Of a stretch of DNA of 64,000 nucleotides, positions 25,280 to 37,380 are shown piece by piece; position 1 is the stretch's first letter, and the number at the start of each line of letters is the position of its first letter. The DNA comes from Felis catus (Eukaryota). The notes under the pieces are model-generated. The model had not been told where the DNA came from, searched no databases, and worked only from the letters and a program-made list of their open reading frames with translations. Position numbers and translations under genes: made by a program. The stretch lies in NCBI RefSeq assembly GCF_018350175.1, contig NC_058368.1:138014001-138078000 (forward strand), in the 5' to 3' direction.

Positions 25280-27040
25280 TCCCCCTCAAGTTGATAGATA
25301 AATACAAGCGTATGTATTGAGAGTGTACAACATGATGACTTATTACATATGTTGGGGAAGGATAATATTTATCTCATACAGTGAAGTTCTTAGTGTATGT
25401 GGTGAGAATGGTTAAGATCTTCTCTCAGGAAGTCTCAAGTAGACAATACTGGATTAACTCCAATACCATATTAACTATAGTTAGCATGCTGGATATTAGA
25501 TCCTCAGAACTTAGTCTTGAAGGTCAAAAGGTACAAATTTTGAGTTGTGTGTTCCCATTTCCTCATTTCTCCCAGCCCCTGGCAACCGTCATTCAATTCT
25601 GTTACAATTAAACTGGCTTTGTATTAAAAAAAAAGATTCCACATGTTATTGATAGTATACACTATTTGTCCATGCCTTGCTTATTTCACTTGGCATAATG
25701 CATTCCATATTCATTGTTGTTGTTGCAAAAGGCAAGACTTTGCTTTTCTCATGGCTGAGTAGTATTCCATTGTGTATATATACCCTACTTTCTTCACCCA
25801 TTCATCGGTTGATGGAAACTTAGGTTGAATTTTGTCAGATGCTTTCTTTGGATCTTTTGAGGTCAGATTTTTATGAAAGCATTGTATCACATTTATTGAC
25901 CTTTTTATTTAATGTGTTGATCCCTATAGATGCTTTTTTTTTTTTTTTTTAATTTCCACACACTTCGATTCCCTCTTCCACTCCCCAACTTTCTTCTTGT
26001 CACTGATACCTACTTTTATATCATAACGTTTGGAAAAGATACTTGATATTTCAGTTATCTTCAATTTGTTAGGACACGTTTTGTTTTTTTAAAAAAACGA
26101 TCTATACTTGAGTAGACTGTGTGTGCTTGAATAAGGTGTATTTTGCTGCTGTTGAATGGAATGTTTGTATATGTTAGGTCCTTTTGGGCTACAGTGCACT
26201 TAAGATCCACTCTTTCCTTAGTGATTTTTTTCTGTCTGGATGATCTATACATTGTTGGAAATGGGTTATTGAAGTCTCCTAGTACTATTGCTTTGCTGTC
26301 TATTTCTGTCTTCATAATTAATGTTTAGGCTTTCTGATAGTAGGTTCACATAAAATTGTTAAATCTTGTTGATAATTGGCTTATATTATTGTATAATGAC
26401 CTTACTTTCCTCTCATTATAAATTTTGATCTAACCTTTGTGTCCTAAGTATAGGGATCCCTGCTTTCCTTCAGTTTCCATTTGTGTGGAATGTCTTTCTG
26501 TCCTTGCACTGTTAGCCTGTGAGTATTCTTCAAGGTTGAATCTTCTAGGCAGCCATACTTGGGTCTTAGTTTTTTTTGTTTATTCGTTCAGCTGCACTGT
26601 TTAAAATTTAAACCATTTACATTTAGAGTACTGTAGAGTCCTTATTGCTAGAGAAAAACTTCTTGACATTTACTTAATTGCTTTCTGATTATTTTCTAGT
26701 TGCTTTTTTCTCTTCTCATGTAGTCCCCCTTGGTGAATTGATAGGGCTTTCAGGGGTTCTCCTATGCTTTTCCATGTGGGGTGAAATCCCTCTAGGGGAT
26801 TGTTATTGGCACTAAGCTACTCTGGACTGGTAGGATGGAATGAATGACACAGGTCAGATGCTTCCTATGCTCTATATGGCCATCCTCCATTTTTTTTTTT
26901 TTAGCTCCATAGGATTTCTCTTGCTTTTCAGGAGAATGCAAAACTTTCCCAGAGCTATTTTTGTTGGTTTGTAGTTGTTTGTTCTTGGGGGATAAATGTT
27001 GGCACCGCCTAGTTCTCCATCTTGTTGACATCACCTCCCT
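25280..27040 (-). mobile_element. Internally deleted old L1 (3' UTR, ORF2 fragments including the endonuclease region, possible 5' end)
   Basis: L1MA-like 3' UTR at 25290-25830; ORF 26061-26315(-) translates 'EIDSKAIVLGDFNNPF...SSRQK' (L1 EN motif GDFN). Confidence 0.75.
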
Positions 27041-27399
27041 GTCCCCAGTGTATCTTTGGAAAGATTAGGCTGCTATACTTAATGAAGGAGAGAATTGTTT
27101 TTACCATAGTTTGTTGATGAGGGACCATTCTGAACAATTGACTTTCATGACCTCCCCTTAGATTTAAAAACATGAATTAGTAGCCTGCTTTCAAGTCTTC
27201 TAAATTAGAAAAGAAAAACCTGTTCAGCTTTGCTTAAGTAACAGGATTTTGAATCCTCTCCCCACTCCGGGATACTGAATATACCCCAGTTTGTTATGGT
27301 TCTTAAAGTGCAGTACTTTCAGAAGCTGTTTGACAGCACAGAGCATGGTAGAACCATTCACACTCTTGGCTAACTGTCCCACCCCTGTCCCTTCTAGGA

Positions 27400-27600
27400 A
27401 GGTGGTAAAGCCTCATGGTTAGGATTACTAGCTTCAGGTCAGAGCCGAGGACGCTTCTGGCTCCACTCCTTCCTACCTTGTCTTGGGGAAGTCACTTAAA
27501 CTTTAAATTCTGATTTTAGCTATTACTCTCATAGTTTTGTGAGGAGAACTCCATAAGATAGTCTATGGAAAGTGCTTAGCACAGAACCTAGGATAGAATG
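27400..27600 (+). mobile_element. MIR
   Basis: 'cttggggaagtcacttaaac...tcatagttttgtgaggag...ggaaagtgcttagcacagaacct'. Confidence 0.6.
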
Positions 27601-27606
27601 ATTGCT

Positions 27607-27833
27607 TGGGGCGCCTGCTTGGTTCATTTGGTTAAGTGTCCGACTTCTGCTCAGGTCATGATCTCACAGTTTGAGTTTGAGCGCTGCAGTCAGGCTCTGT
27701 GCTGACAGCTCAGAGCCTGGAGCCTGCTTTGGATTCTGTGTCTCCTCCTCTCTCTGACCCTCCCATGCTCGTGGTCTGTCTCTCTCTGTCAATAATAAAT
27801 ACATGTTAAAAAACTAAAACTAAAAAAAAAAAA
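27607..27833 (+). mobile_element. CanSINE
   Basis: TSD aatgattgct. Confidence 0.92.
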
Positions 27834-28484
27834 TGATTGCTCAAATGAAGGCATTTCAACTATGGTACTTCTAAATAGCATTACTGACTCTTGATGGTCC
27901 ATTATCTCATAATTGCCAAGTTTGTTTGTTTTTTTAAACACCTGTTGTTCTGAGCAGACTTGGGCAATTGGTTTCTTAGTCCTATGAACAGAACTGAATT
28001 TCTCAAAATTAATTTCCTGTATTTGGCTCTTTAACCTTTCAAGGTGTTTTAGATGGTTAAACTTACTACTTTTAGTTCTAAGTTTTGCAATGGTTTAATG
28101 AGTGTTTCTTTAATGCCTTAATGAAATAATAACACTATTATCTAGGCTAAAATCCTAGTCCTGAAGGCAGGGTAATTTGGTGTTTGTATACAAATTTCAG
28201 ATTGACGTCTACCAATTTCTGGTAGAGTTCAACTAGTTACTGTTGTACTAGGATCAAAGTTTTAACCTTCCATCTTTCATTAGAAACTACACAATGGAGT
28301 GAGGTTATTCTCAAGTGACTTCATCTTAGGAAATCCACACTGGTTCCAAGTGGCCTCTGTTTCTTCTTTGAGGTATTCAGACATTAGTCTTCTAATAATC
28401 TGCTGTGGCAACTTGTTTAGGATCAAAAGAGACCTCTTGGATCTACAGCTTGTAGAATCTGCCTGTTTGAAAATTGGAATGACT

Positions 28485-28699
28485 GGGGCATCTGGGTGGC
28501 TCAGTCAGTTAAGTGTCCAACTTCGGCTCAGGTCATGATCTCACCGCTCCTGAGTTCGAGCCCTGCATTGGGCTCTGTGCTAACAGCTCAGAGCCTGGTG
28601 CCTGCTTTGGATTCTGTGTCTCCCTCTCCGCCCCTCTCCCGCTCACACTCTGTCTCTGTCTCTCTCAAAGGTAAATAAACATTTAAAAAAAAAAAAAAA
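28485..28699 (+). mobile_element. CanSINE
   Basis: Perfect TSD gaaaattggaatgac (28469-28483 and 28700-28714). Confidence 0.93.
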
Positions 28700-28790
28700 G
28701 AAAATTGGAATGACAGGTCCCTGTCTTACAGGTGAAACCCATCATTTTCCATAGTTGCTGATTATGGCTGGGAAATCACATAGGATTCTT

Positions 28791-29420
28791 AGATTTTTTT
28801 TTTAAATCATCATTATTTTTTTAATGTTTATTTATTCTTGAGAGGGAAAAACTGAGTGTGAGAAGGGGAGGGGCAGAGAGAGAGGGAGACAGAATCTGAA
28901 GCAGGCTCCAGATTCTGAGCTGTCAGCGTAGAGGGTGATGTGGGGCTTAAACCCACAAACCACGAGATCATGACCTGAGCCAAAGTTGGATGCTTCACCA
29001 ATTGAGTCACTTAGGCACCCCTTAATTTAAATTTTATTTATTTATTTATTCACTTATTTTCACATACAGTGAAATAATAGTTGGGTATATAATATAAGCT
29101 CCTTCTAATCTGTATTTTTGTACCTTTTTGGGTAAATACCTAATAGTGCAATTGATAGATTTTAGGGTAGTTCTTCTTTTTAATTTTTTGAGGAACCTCC
29201 CCTCTCTAGAGTGGCTGCCCCAGTTTGCATTCCCACCTACGTGCAAGAGGGTCCCCTTTTCTCCATATCCTCGCCAACACTTGTTGTTTCTTGCATTGGT
29301 AATTTTCGCCCTTGGGCCAGGTGTGAGGTGGTATCTCGTTGTGGTTTGGATTTGTATTTTCCTGCTGGTGAGTGGTGATGAACATCTTTTCATGTGTCTG
29401 TCAGCCCTCTGAATGTCTTC
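28791..29420 (-). mobile_element. L1 ORF2-end fragment with a CanSINE (~28815-29021) nested in its tail
   Basis: TSD tcacataggattctt (28776-28790 and 29421-29435); ORF 29046-29393(-) '[14 protein letters not shown]...[22 protein letters not shown]' is the L1 ORF2 C-terminus. Confidence 0.88.
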
Positions 29421-29601
29421 TCACATAGGATTCTTCTTATCTCCATGTGTCTAGCAGCCTGGAACTTAAAGCAATTTAATGGTTTCTTCATGAAGGAGTT
29501 TCCACTTAGAGATGTTCTTTATGTCCTCCTCAACTGGAAAATCATTTCCCTCAAAGAGGAGATGAATTTTAAATAGAGAAAAATCCTCTATATCATTCAT
29601 T

Positions 29602-29833
29602 TCTTTTTTTTTAATTTTTTTTTTCAACGTTTTTTAATTTTTATTTTTGGGACAGAGAGAGACAGAGCATGAACGGGGGAGGGGCAGAGAGAGAGGGAGA
29701 CACAGAATCGGAAACAGGCTCCAGGCTCCGAGCCATCAGCCCAGAGCCCGACGCGGGGCTCGAACTCACGGACCGCGAGATCGTCACCTGGCTGAAGTCT
29801 GACGCTTAACCGACTGCGCCACCCAGGCGCCCC
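29602..29833 (-). mobile_element. Young felid CanSINE (SINEC_Fc-like)
   Basis: Intact CpGs; TSD tatatcattcatttc. Confidence 0.95.
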
Positions 29834-31222
29834 TATATCATTCATTTCATACCAGTCCTAAGCAGACCTATTTATCTCTTCTCTGATGTTCTGGCTTAAA
29901 AATAAATGGAAATAAAAATCTTAGTGTTTTTCTTTTTCTTTCTTCTTTTTCTTTTTCTTTTTCCATTTTTCTTTTTACTCCTCACTCCCCTCAGGTTATT
30001 TGGGGCTTTGGTTTGCCTGGCCTAACTCTTCAGAGCCTGACAGGCTAATTCTTTGAGTAAAAGAAGCAGAAAAGGGAGTAAAAAAACTATTCTTACCTTT
30101 GTGTGGAAAACCACACCAAACTAGGAATCAGGAGGCCTGCCTTTAGTCTTGAGCTCATAGACTGTGAAGGTCTCTCCATCCATCCAGAGAATGCCTATCC
30201 TTTCCAAATGGGAGGTTCTTGGTTTTTCCTATGAACTGATCTCTTTAGGCAGTGATTTCATTGAAAGGTGGGTGGTGGCACATGGGATGAAATGGTAGGG
30301 CAATTAAGGCCCGGTTTTATCATTCAGTAGAAAGTATAATCTATCTCCCTCTTGTTCAGAAAAAGCCACTTTCATAAGAAACAACTCCGCTGACATTTTT
30401 GTGTGGGGCTTTCCTGTACTTGCCAGATTTGTAACTGGTCAGAAGTTCTCACAGATGGATTTCTGGAAGTACCTTTTGTACAAGTTACCACAGTCCTTAG
30501 AAACTTAGAAAGTTTCCTGCTGTCCACGCCTTATTCTTAGAGACAAGTGACAACACACACAGCCTGTTTTCAACATTTTAATAGGTTTTTAATTGATGGA
30601 TTATTAAGGGGGAATACAGTAGAAGCAACTGTTTTTTTTTTGTCACCCTAAGTTGTTTAATAAAACTTGCTTTGTTTCTTTTGATCACCAGAACTATTGA
30701 GAGCCTCCTCATTGAAAATCAGTGTTAAGAATCTTTCAAATCTTAGCCATTGGATCTAATTATTACTTGAGGGTTACCTAGGTACCCTTTTTGGACTGAA
30801 ATAGTTTATTATGAGATAAAGGTCTCATGTCTTTTTTTTTTTTTTAGCTTCATAAAATTTTACTTGCCTCTTTTTACATAAGATTTTAATCTATTGCACA
30901 TATAAATTGTTTTGCGATAAAAATGAATAATCAAGGCTTTCTTATCTACAGAAAGTCTCAAATTAACTTTTTACTTGGCTCGTCTTACAAAAACAGGAAT
31001 TTATAGTACGGAAAGCCCAACTTTACCATGAACAGTTGAAGAAAAATCACATCTTGAAGAATGCCAAGCATAATTTGGATACTTCATAATATGCCATTTT
31101 GAAAAAGAGAATGACCTGTGTCTGTCATGTGCACCTGAATCCCTCTGTCATTCTCTCTAGTTCCTGATGGATTATGGCTGGGAAATCAAGGTGTGTCTTT
31201 TTTGTATTAAAATGAAGAATAA

Positions 31223-31433
31223 GGGTTCCTGCATGGCTCAGTCATTAGGCATCTAACTTTGGCTCAGGTTATGATCTCATGGTTTGTGAGCTTGAGCCTC
31301 TCTTGTCTCTCTCTCCCTGCCTACCTCTCTCTCTGCCCCTTGTGAGATTCCACCCCCCTCCCCCTTCTCTCCCCCGGTCTCTCTGCCTCTCTCTCACTTG
31401 AGCCCTCTCTCTCTTTCTCAAAAAATAAATAAA
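31223..31433 (+). mobile_element. CanSINE (rearranged body, long CT tract)
   Basis: Head, CT-rich body, tail; TSD aaatgaagaat. Confidence 0.85.
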
Positions 31434-31552
31434 TGAAGAATGAGCATTTTTTCCTTTCACATTGATAGTAGGAAAATTTATCTTCATAGGCTGTTAGGGC
31501 ATCTTTGTTGATAAGCAGAAATTAAAAGTAACAAAATGTTAATTTTGTGCTA

Positions 31553-31749
31553 TTTTTTTTTTAAGCTTCATTTATTAGAGCGAGTATGTGAGCAAATGGG
31601 GGAAGGGCAGAGACAGCAAGAGAAAGAGAGACTCCCAAGTAGGCTCCATGCTAACAGCATGCGGGACTCGAACTTTCTAACCATGAGATCATGACCTGAG
31701 CTGAAATCCAGAGTGGGATGACCAACTGACTGAGCCACCCAGGTGCCCC
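31553..31749 (-). mobile_element. CanSINE
   Basis: Reverse head 'gagccacccaggtgcccc'. Confidence 0.88.
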
Positions 31750-31809
31750 TGTGACATTCATTTAAGTGTGGTGGTAGGTTCTGTGCAAGAAGAAAGTTTT
31801 TTTTTAAAT

Positions 31810-32032
31810 ATTAAAAAAAAATTTTTTTTTTTAACATTTATTTATTTTTGAGACACAGAGACAGAGCATGAACGGGGGAGGGGCAGAGAGAGAGGAGACA
31901 CAGAATCCGAAACAGGCTCCAGGCTCTGAGCTGTCAGCACAGAGCCTGATGCGGGGCTCGAACTCACAGACCACGAGATCATGACCTGAGCCGAAGTCGG
32001 CCGCTTAACCGACTGAGCCACCCAGGCGCCCC
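31810..32032 (-). mobile_element. CanSINE (young)
   Basis: TSD caagaagaaagttttt. Confidence 0.93.
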
Positions 32033-32469
32033 AAGAAGAAAGTTTTTAAAGTCTGAGTATAACAGAGGCTGGAACAGAAGCGGAATTTGGGTTGAAATCT
32101 TAGCACTGCTACTGACTTACCAGGTGGGTCATGTGATCTCTTTGATCATTGATGGCCTTACTTCAAATCCATGGGGTTGGGTCAAGCCCTTCTCTTTGGT
32201 GTGTCCCATTCCTAGGCTTTGTTCTGTGGAGGTAATGATGGTGTCTTAGGTATCCCTTTGATTACTAGCCCAATGCTTGGTTCTCATTGCATTTTAAGGC
32301 ACTTAGTTGGCAGCATGTAAATTGTTAAGGAAGTTGGGTTTGTAGTGTTGTATCTATCACAGGGAGAAATGCTTGCTCATAGCTTGAGATTTCCCATGTT
32401 GTTGTTTGTACCTCACTGCTCATGAAATATTTAATCAGCCAGTATTACTCTAGCAATTACTTCATTTAT

Positions 32470-32670
32470 TAAAAAATTTTTTTTAAATGTTAGAGAAACA
32501 GAGTGCAAGCTGGGGAGGGGCAGAGAGAGAGGGAGACACAGAATCCGAAGCAGGCTCCAGGCTCTGAGTTGTCAGCACAGAGCCCGATAGGGGGCTCGAA
32601 CTCACAAAGAGTGAGCTCATGACCTGAGCCAAAGTTTGACGTTTAACCAACTGAGCCACCCAGGTGCCCC
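32470..32670 (-). mobile_element. CanSINE
   Basis: Reverse body and head. Confidence 0.92.
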
Positions 32671-33643
32671 ACAATGACTGTAAATTGAATTCTTAGATGA
32701 CTGAAAGTGGATCTTAATTTGACTTTAGTGGATGGACCTTAATTTACTTATATGTCCATTCATCTAGGCTAGGTGCAGAATATTTCCTGAAATGCGCAGC
32801 GTTTTTGATGTCAAATTTTAGCTAAAATAAAGGTTGTAATTCATTTTCTTTCCTTTCCTCTCTCTTTTCTCCGTTCTTCTTCACTCTCCGTTTCCTTCCA
32901 TCTTCCCTACTTTTGTTCCTAACACTGAATTTGGTTTTACTGTTTTCCACAAGAGGTATAACAAATACCTAAAACCTCTTCTATTTCATGTATCTGCTAT
33001 TTATACTAAAGAAAACACACTTGTCCTCATAAAAATAGTGATGTTTTTAAGGGATGACATTCTTCCTAGTTTTCATTGAACCTCCTGATAAAGATAACTT
33101 GTTGATGTTTTGGAAATGGGACATTATTGTGCTGGGAACTTTACTTGGTGGTTATAGGGGCTCTAAATCCTCTTATCCAGGCATACTTTGCAAAGTATTT
33201 CTGCTCTGGAGTGTTGGAGAGTTACTCTTGAGTTTTGACCCTTCACTGATCTGAGGTTAGTATCATGTAACTATTAATTCCTACAAGGGAGGCACATACT
33301 GGATACTGGAGGCTTAGTGGTAAGAGGCTTGTTACAACCAAATCAGCAGCCATTAATGCAAATAAATACGTTGTGGTGTGAGATGGTGTGGGGCAGGGCA
33401 TTCTCAGCAGCCTGGTATGATGGGGACCAAAGTATCGTCCATTTTTTTCCCGCCATTCCAATGTTCTAAATCTATATTATGAATATGTATTTATGTCAGT
33501 GATAATGAAAATAAGCAAATTTAAGAAATAAACATTTTAATGAAATTCTGTACTTCATTCTAGTTCACACATAAAATTGGAATGCCTGTCAATTGGCAAA
33601 ATTCCATCACAAACACTTGGACTTCAAAACTTACTGTGTTACC

Positions 33644-33738
33644 CATGCACCCCAATGTTTATAGCAGCACTGTTGACAATAGCCAAAGTATGGAAACAGC
33701 CCAAATATTCACTGACAGATGAATGGATAAAGAAGATG

Positions 33739-33777
<39 letters not shown>

Positions 33778-34239
33778 CACGCGTACACACACACACACAC
33801 ACACACTGGAGTATTTCTCTACAATCAAGAAGAATGAAATACTGCTATTTGCAACAAAGTGGATGGAACTAGAGGGTATTATGCTAGGTGAAATTAGAGA
33901 AAGACAAATATCATATGACTTCACTCGTGGAATTTAAGATACAAAACAGATGAACATAAGGGAAGGGAAGCAAAAATAATATAAAAACAGTTGGGGACAC
34001 AACATCAGAGACTCTTAAATATAGAGAACAAACTGAGGGTTACTGGAGGGAGGGTGGGTGGGTGGGATGGGTTGAATGTGCAAGGGGTATTAAGGAACAC
34101 ACTTGTTGAGATGAGCACTGGGTATTATACATAGGGGATGAATCCCTGGAATCTACTCCTGAAATCATTATTGCACTGTATGCTAATGAACTTTGATGTA
34201 AATTTAAGAACAATAACCTATAAAAAATTAAAAAAAAAA
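33644..34239 (+). mobile_element. Carnivore L1 3' end (5'-truncated)
   Basis: 'tgcaccccaatgtttatagcagcac...gatggaactagagggtattatgctag', A tail; TSD aaaac(c)tta(c/t)tgtg(t/c)tacc. Confidence 0.92.
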
Positions 34240-35134
34240 CCTTATTGTGCTACCTAAAGAAGAAACCCTTTCAAATTTGGGGTTATGTTGTAAATGTTTA
34301 ACTTAGCCACGGGTTAGAAAGTTGGGTGTTAGAAAAGACTTCTTTGTTCCAATTTATTTTGGCAATATGCTTGTAATAACTTTACATCTTGAATTTATAT
34401 GGGAAAACCTAGCTTTGTGTACATCCTAATTACAGACGTTTGAAAATTGAAACAGTTTTAAAAAATTCGGGAAATTTTGAGAAAGGTCTTTGTGTTGTGC
34501 TTCATGTCAAGATCAAACGGATTCTCAGGTTTCTACTGGGAACAGTCTCAGGCTAAGCACTGCACCACTCTGAATTACATCGATGGCCACAGCTGTAGCC
34601 AAAACTGAACTCGAGGAGGTAAACGATAGTGCCATTGAACAGTAGTGTTGTTCATATGCCAAGTACATGTTTTTACCTGTTTTTACCTGTTTTTGGGCAT
34701 AGGATCTTTGGAATAACTCAGTAATGAAAATTGAAATTCCTGTGTGCCACAACTGAACCCCAGTAAACTTATGGAGCATTTCAAGTTGCATAGCATTTAA
34801 AAGATACTGATGGAATGAATCACCACCTCATGTGTTGTTTTGACAGGAAATGTATCATGTCTCAATAATTTCCTTAAAAATTTTTCCTGCCAGGTGCCTG
34901 TTTTCTTCTTGTAAACGTATGCCCACAGAATTCCAAATATGTGGTTGATATTTCCCACTGATGCATTTTGACAGCTCCTCTTTCTTCTTGAGAATAGCTA
35001 CTGTACTTTTGTTTGTAACGAATTTAAGGCTTCCTACAGGAAAGTGAGAAGGTTTAGCTGTTTTGGAGACTGATGTCCAGCCTGGATGGGTTTGTGTGGT
35101 GAGATCTTTTTACAAAGAAAGGGTTAAAAGTGTT

Positions 35135-35362
35135 GGGGCGCCTTGTTGGCTCAGTGGGTTGAATGTCTGACTTCGGGTCATGATCTTGTGGTTCACGAAT
35201 GCACGCCCCACCTCGGGCTCTGTTCTGATAGCTCCGAGCCTGGAGTCTGCTTCAGATTCTGTGTCTCCCTCTCTCCCTGCCCCTCCCCAACTTGCATGCA
35301 TTCTCCCTCTGTCTCTCTCCCTCTCTTAAAAATAAATAGACATTAAAAAATTTATTAAAAAG
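35135..35362 (+). mobile_element. CanSINE
   Basis: Head, body and tail; TSD aagtgttg. Confidence 0.9.
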
Positions 35363-35454
35363 TAAGTGTTGACAGTCGCGGTCTAATGCCAGATGTACAT
35401 GAAGTATTACTCATCTATGGAGAGATTAGGGGGGGTATCTTAATTTCCTACTTT

Positions 35455-37380
35455 TTAAAAATTTATTTTAATTCCAGTATAGTTAACAGTGTCCTATGTT
35501 TCCGGTGTTCATTGTAGTGATTCAACAGTTTTATGCATTGCTCAGTGCTGCTCATTATAACTGTACTCGTTAATCCCCATCACCTATTTCATCCATCCCC
35601 CACCCACCTCCCCTTTGGTAGCCATCTGTTTGTTCACTATAGTTAATCTGTTTCTTGGTTTGTGTGTCTCTTGTTTTTTTCCCCTTTGTTCATTTGTTTT
35701 GTTTCTTCACTTCCACATGAGTGAAATCATACGGTATTTATCTTTCTCTGGTTATTTTGCTTAGCATTATACTTTCCAGATCTACCCATTCATTTATCAG
35801 TAGACACATTGGCTGCTACCATAATTTGGCTAGTACGAATACTGCTGTAAACATAGGGGTGCTTATGCCCTTTCTTTCTTTCTTTCTTTCTTTCTTTTTT
35901 TTTTTTTTTTGGATATATTCTTTTGAATTCGTGTTTTGGTATTCCTTGGGTAAAAACCCAATAGTGCAATTACTGGATTGGATTGTAGGGTAGTTCTGTT
36001 GTTAAATTTCTGAGGACCCTCCATACTGTTTTCCGGAGTGGCTGCACCAGTTTGCATTTCCACCAACAGTGCAAGAAGGTTCCTCTTTCTCTGTATCCTA
36101 ACTCCTGTTGTTTCTTGTGTTGTTGATTTTAACCATTCTGACAGGTGTGAGGTATCTCATTGTGGTTTTGATTTACATTTCCCTGATGATGAGTAATGTT
36201 GATTATGTTTTCATGGGTCTGTTGGCCATCTGGATGTCTTCTTTGGAAAAATGTTCATGTCTTCTGCCCATTTTTTTAATTGGAATATTTGTTTTTTTGG
36301 GTGTTCCTTATATCTTTTGGATACTAACCCTTTATTGGCTGTGTCATTTGCAAATATCTTCTCCCATTCAGTAGGTTGTCCTTCAGTTGTTCGTTTCTTT
36401 TGCTGTGCAGATGCTTTTTATTTTGATGTAGTCCCAATAGTTTATTTTCTTTGGCTCAGAAGACATATATAGAAAAATACTACTATGGCCAATGTCAAAT
36501 TACTTACCTGTGCTCTCTTGTAGGATGTTGATGGTTTCAGGTCTCACATTTCTGTCTTACATCCATTTTGAGGTTATTTTTGTGTATGGTGTAAGAAAGT
36601 GGTCCAGGTTCATTTTTCTGCATGTTGCTCTCCAGTTTTCCCAGCACCATTTGTTGAAGAGGCTGTTTTTTCCCATTGCATATTCTTGGTTCTTTTGTCA
36701 AAGATTAATTGAGCATATAATCTCGGCCCTTTTCTGGGCTTTCTGCCCTTTTCTACTGATCTATGTGTCTATTTTTGTGCCAGCATTTTACTGTTTTGAC
36801 TACTGCAACTCCAGCTTTTTTGTTTTTCAACATTGGTTTGGCTATTCGGTGTCTTGCGGTTCCATATACATTTTAGAATTGTTTGTTGTAGTTCTGAAAA
36901 AAAAATGATGGTATTTTGATAGGGATTGCATTAAATCTGCACATTGCTTTGGGAATTATGAACATTGTTTTTTTTTTTTTTTTTGCGGGGGGTGGTAATA
37001 GGGACATTTTAACGATATGCTTATAAACCATGAGTGTGGAATACCTTTCCATTTGGGTTGTCTTCCGTTTCTTTCATTACTGTTTTATAGTTTGTACAGT
37101 ACAAGTCTTGCACCTCCTTGGTTAAGTTTATATCCTGTTTTTGGTGCAGTTGTAAATGGGGTTGCTTTCTTAGGTTTTCTATCTGTTGCTTCATTATTAG
37201 CGTAGAGAAATGCAGTGGATTTCTGAACATTGATTTAGTGTCTTGCGACTTGACTGAATTCATTGATCAGTTTGAGTTGTTTTTTTAGTGGAGTCTTTAG
37301 GGTTTTCTGTACATACTGTCATGTCATCTGCAGATAGTGAAAGTTTTACTTGTTCCTTACCAATTGGGATGCCTTTTATC
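35455..37380 (-). mobile_element. Carnivore L1, 3' ~1.9 kb with small internal deletions
   Basis: 3' UTR plus ORF2 RT/C-terminal homology in reverse; TSD-like tttccta(c/t)ttt. Confidence 0.92.

Noticed and set aside
29925..30000. Long polypyrimidine tract ending cccctcag (strong acceptor-like site)
   Set aside because: No convincing donor or ORF follows; consistent with low-complexity sequence.
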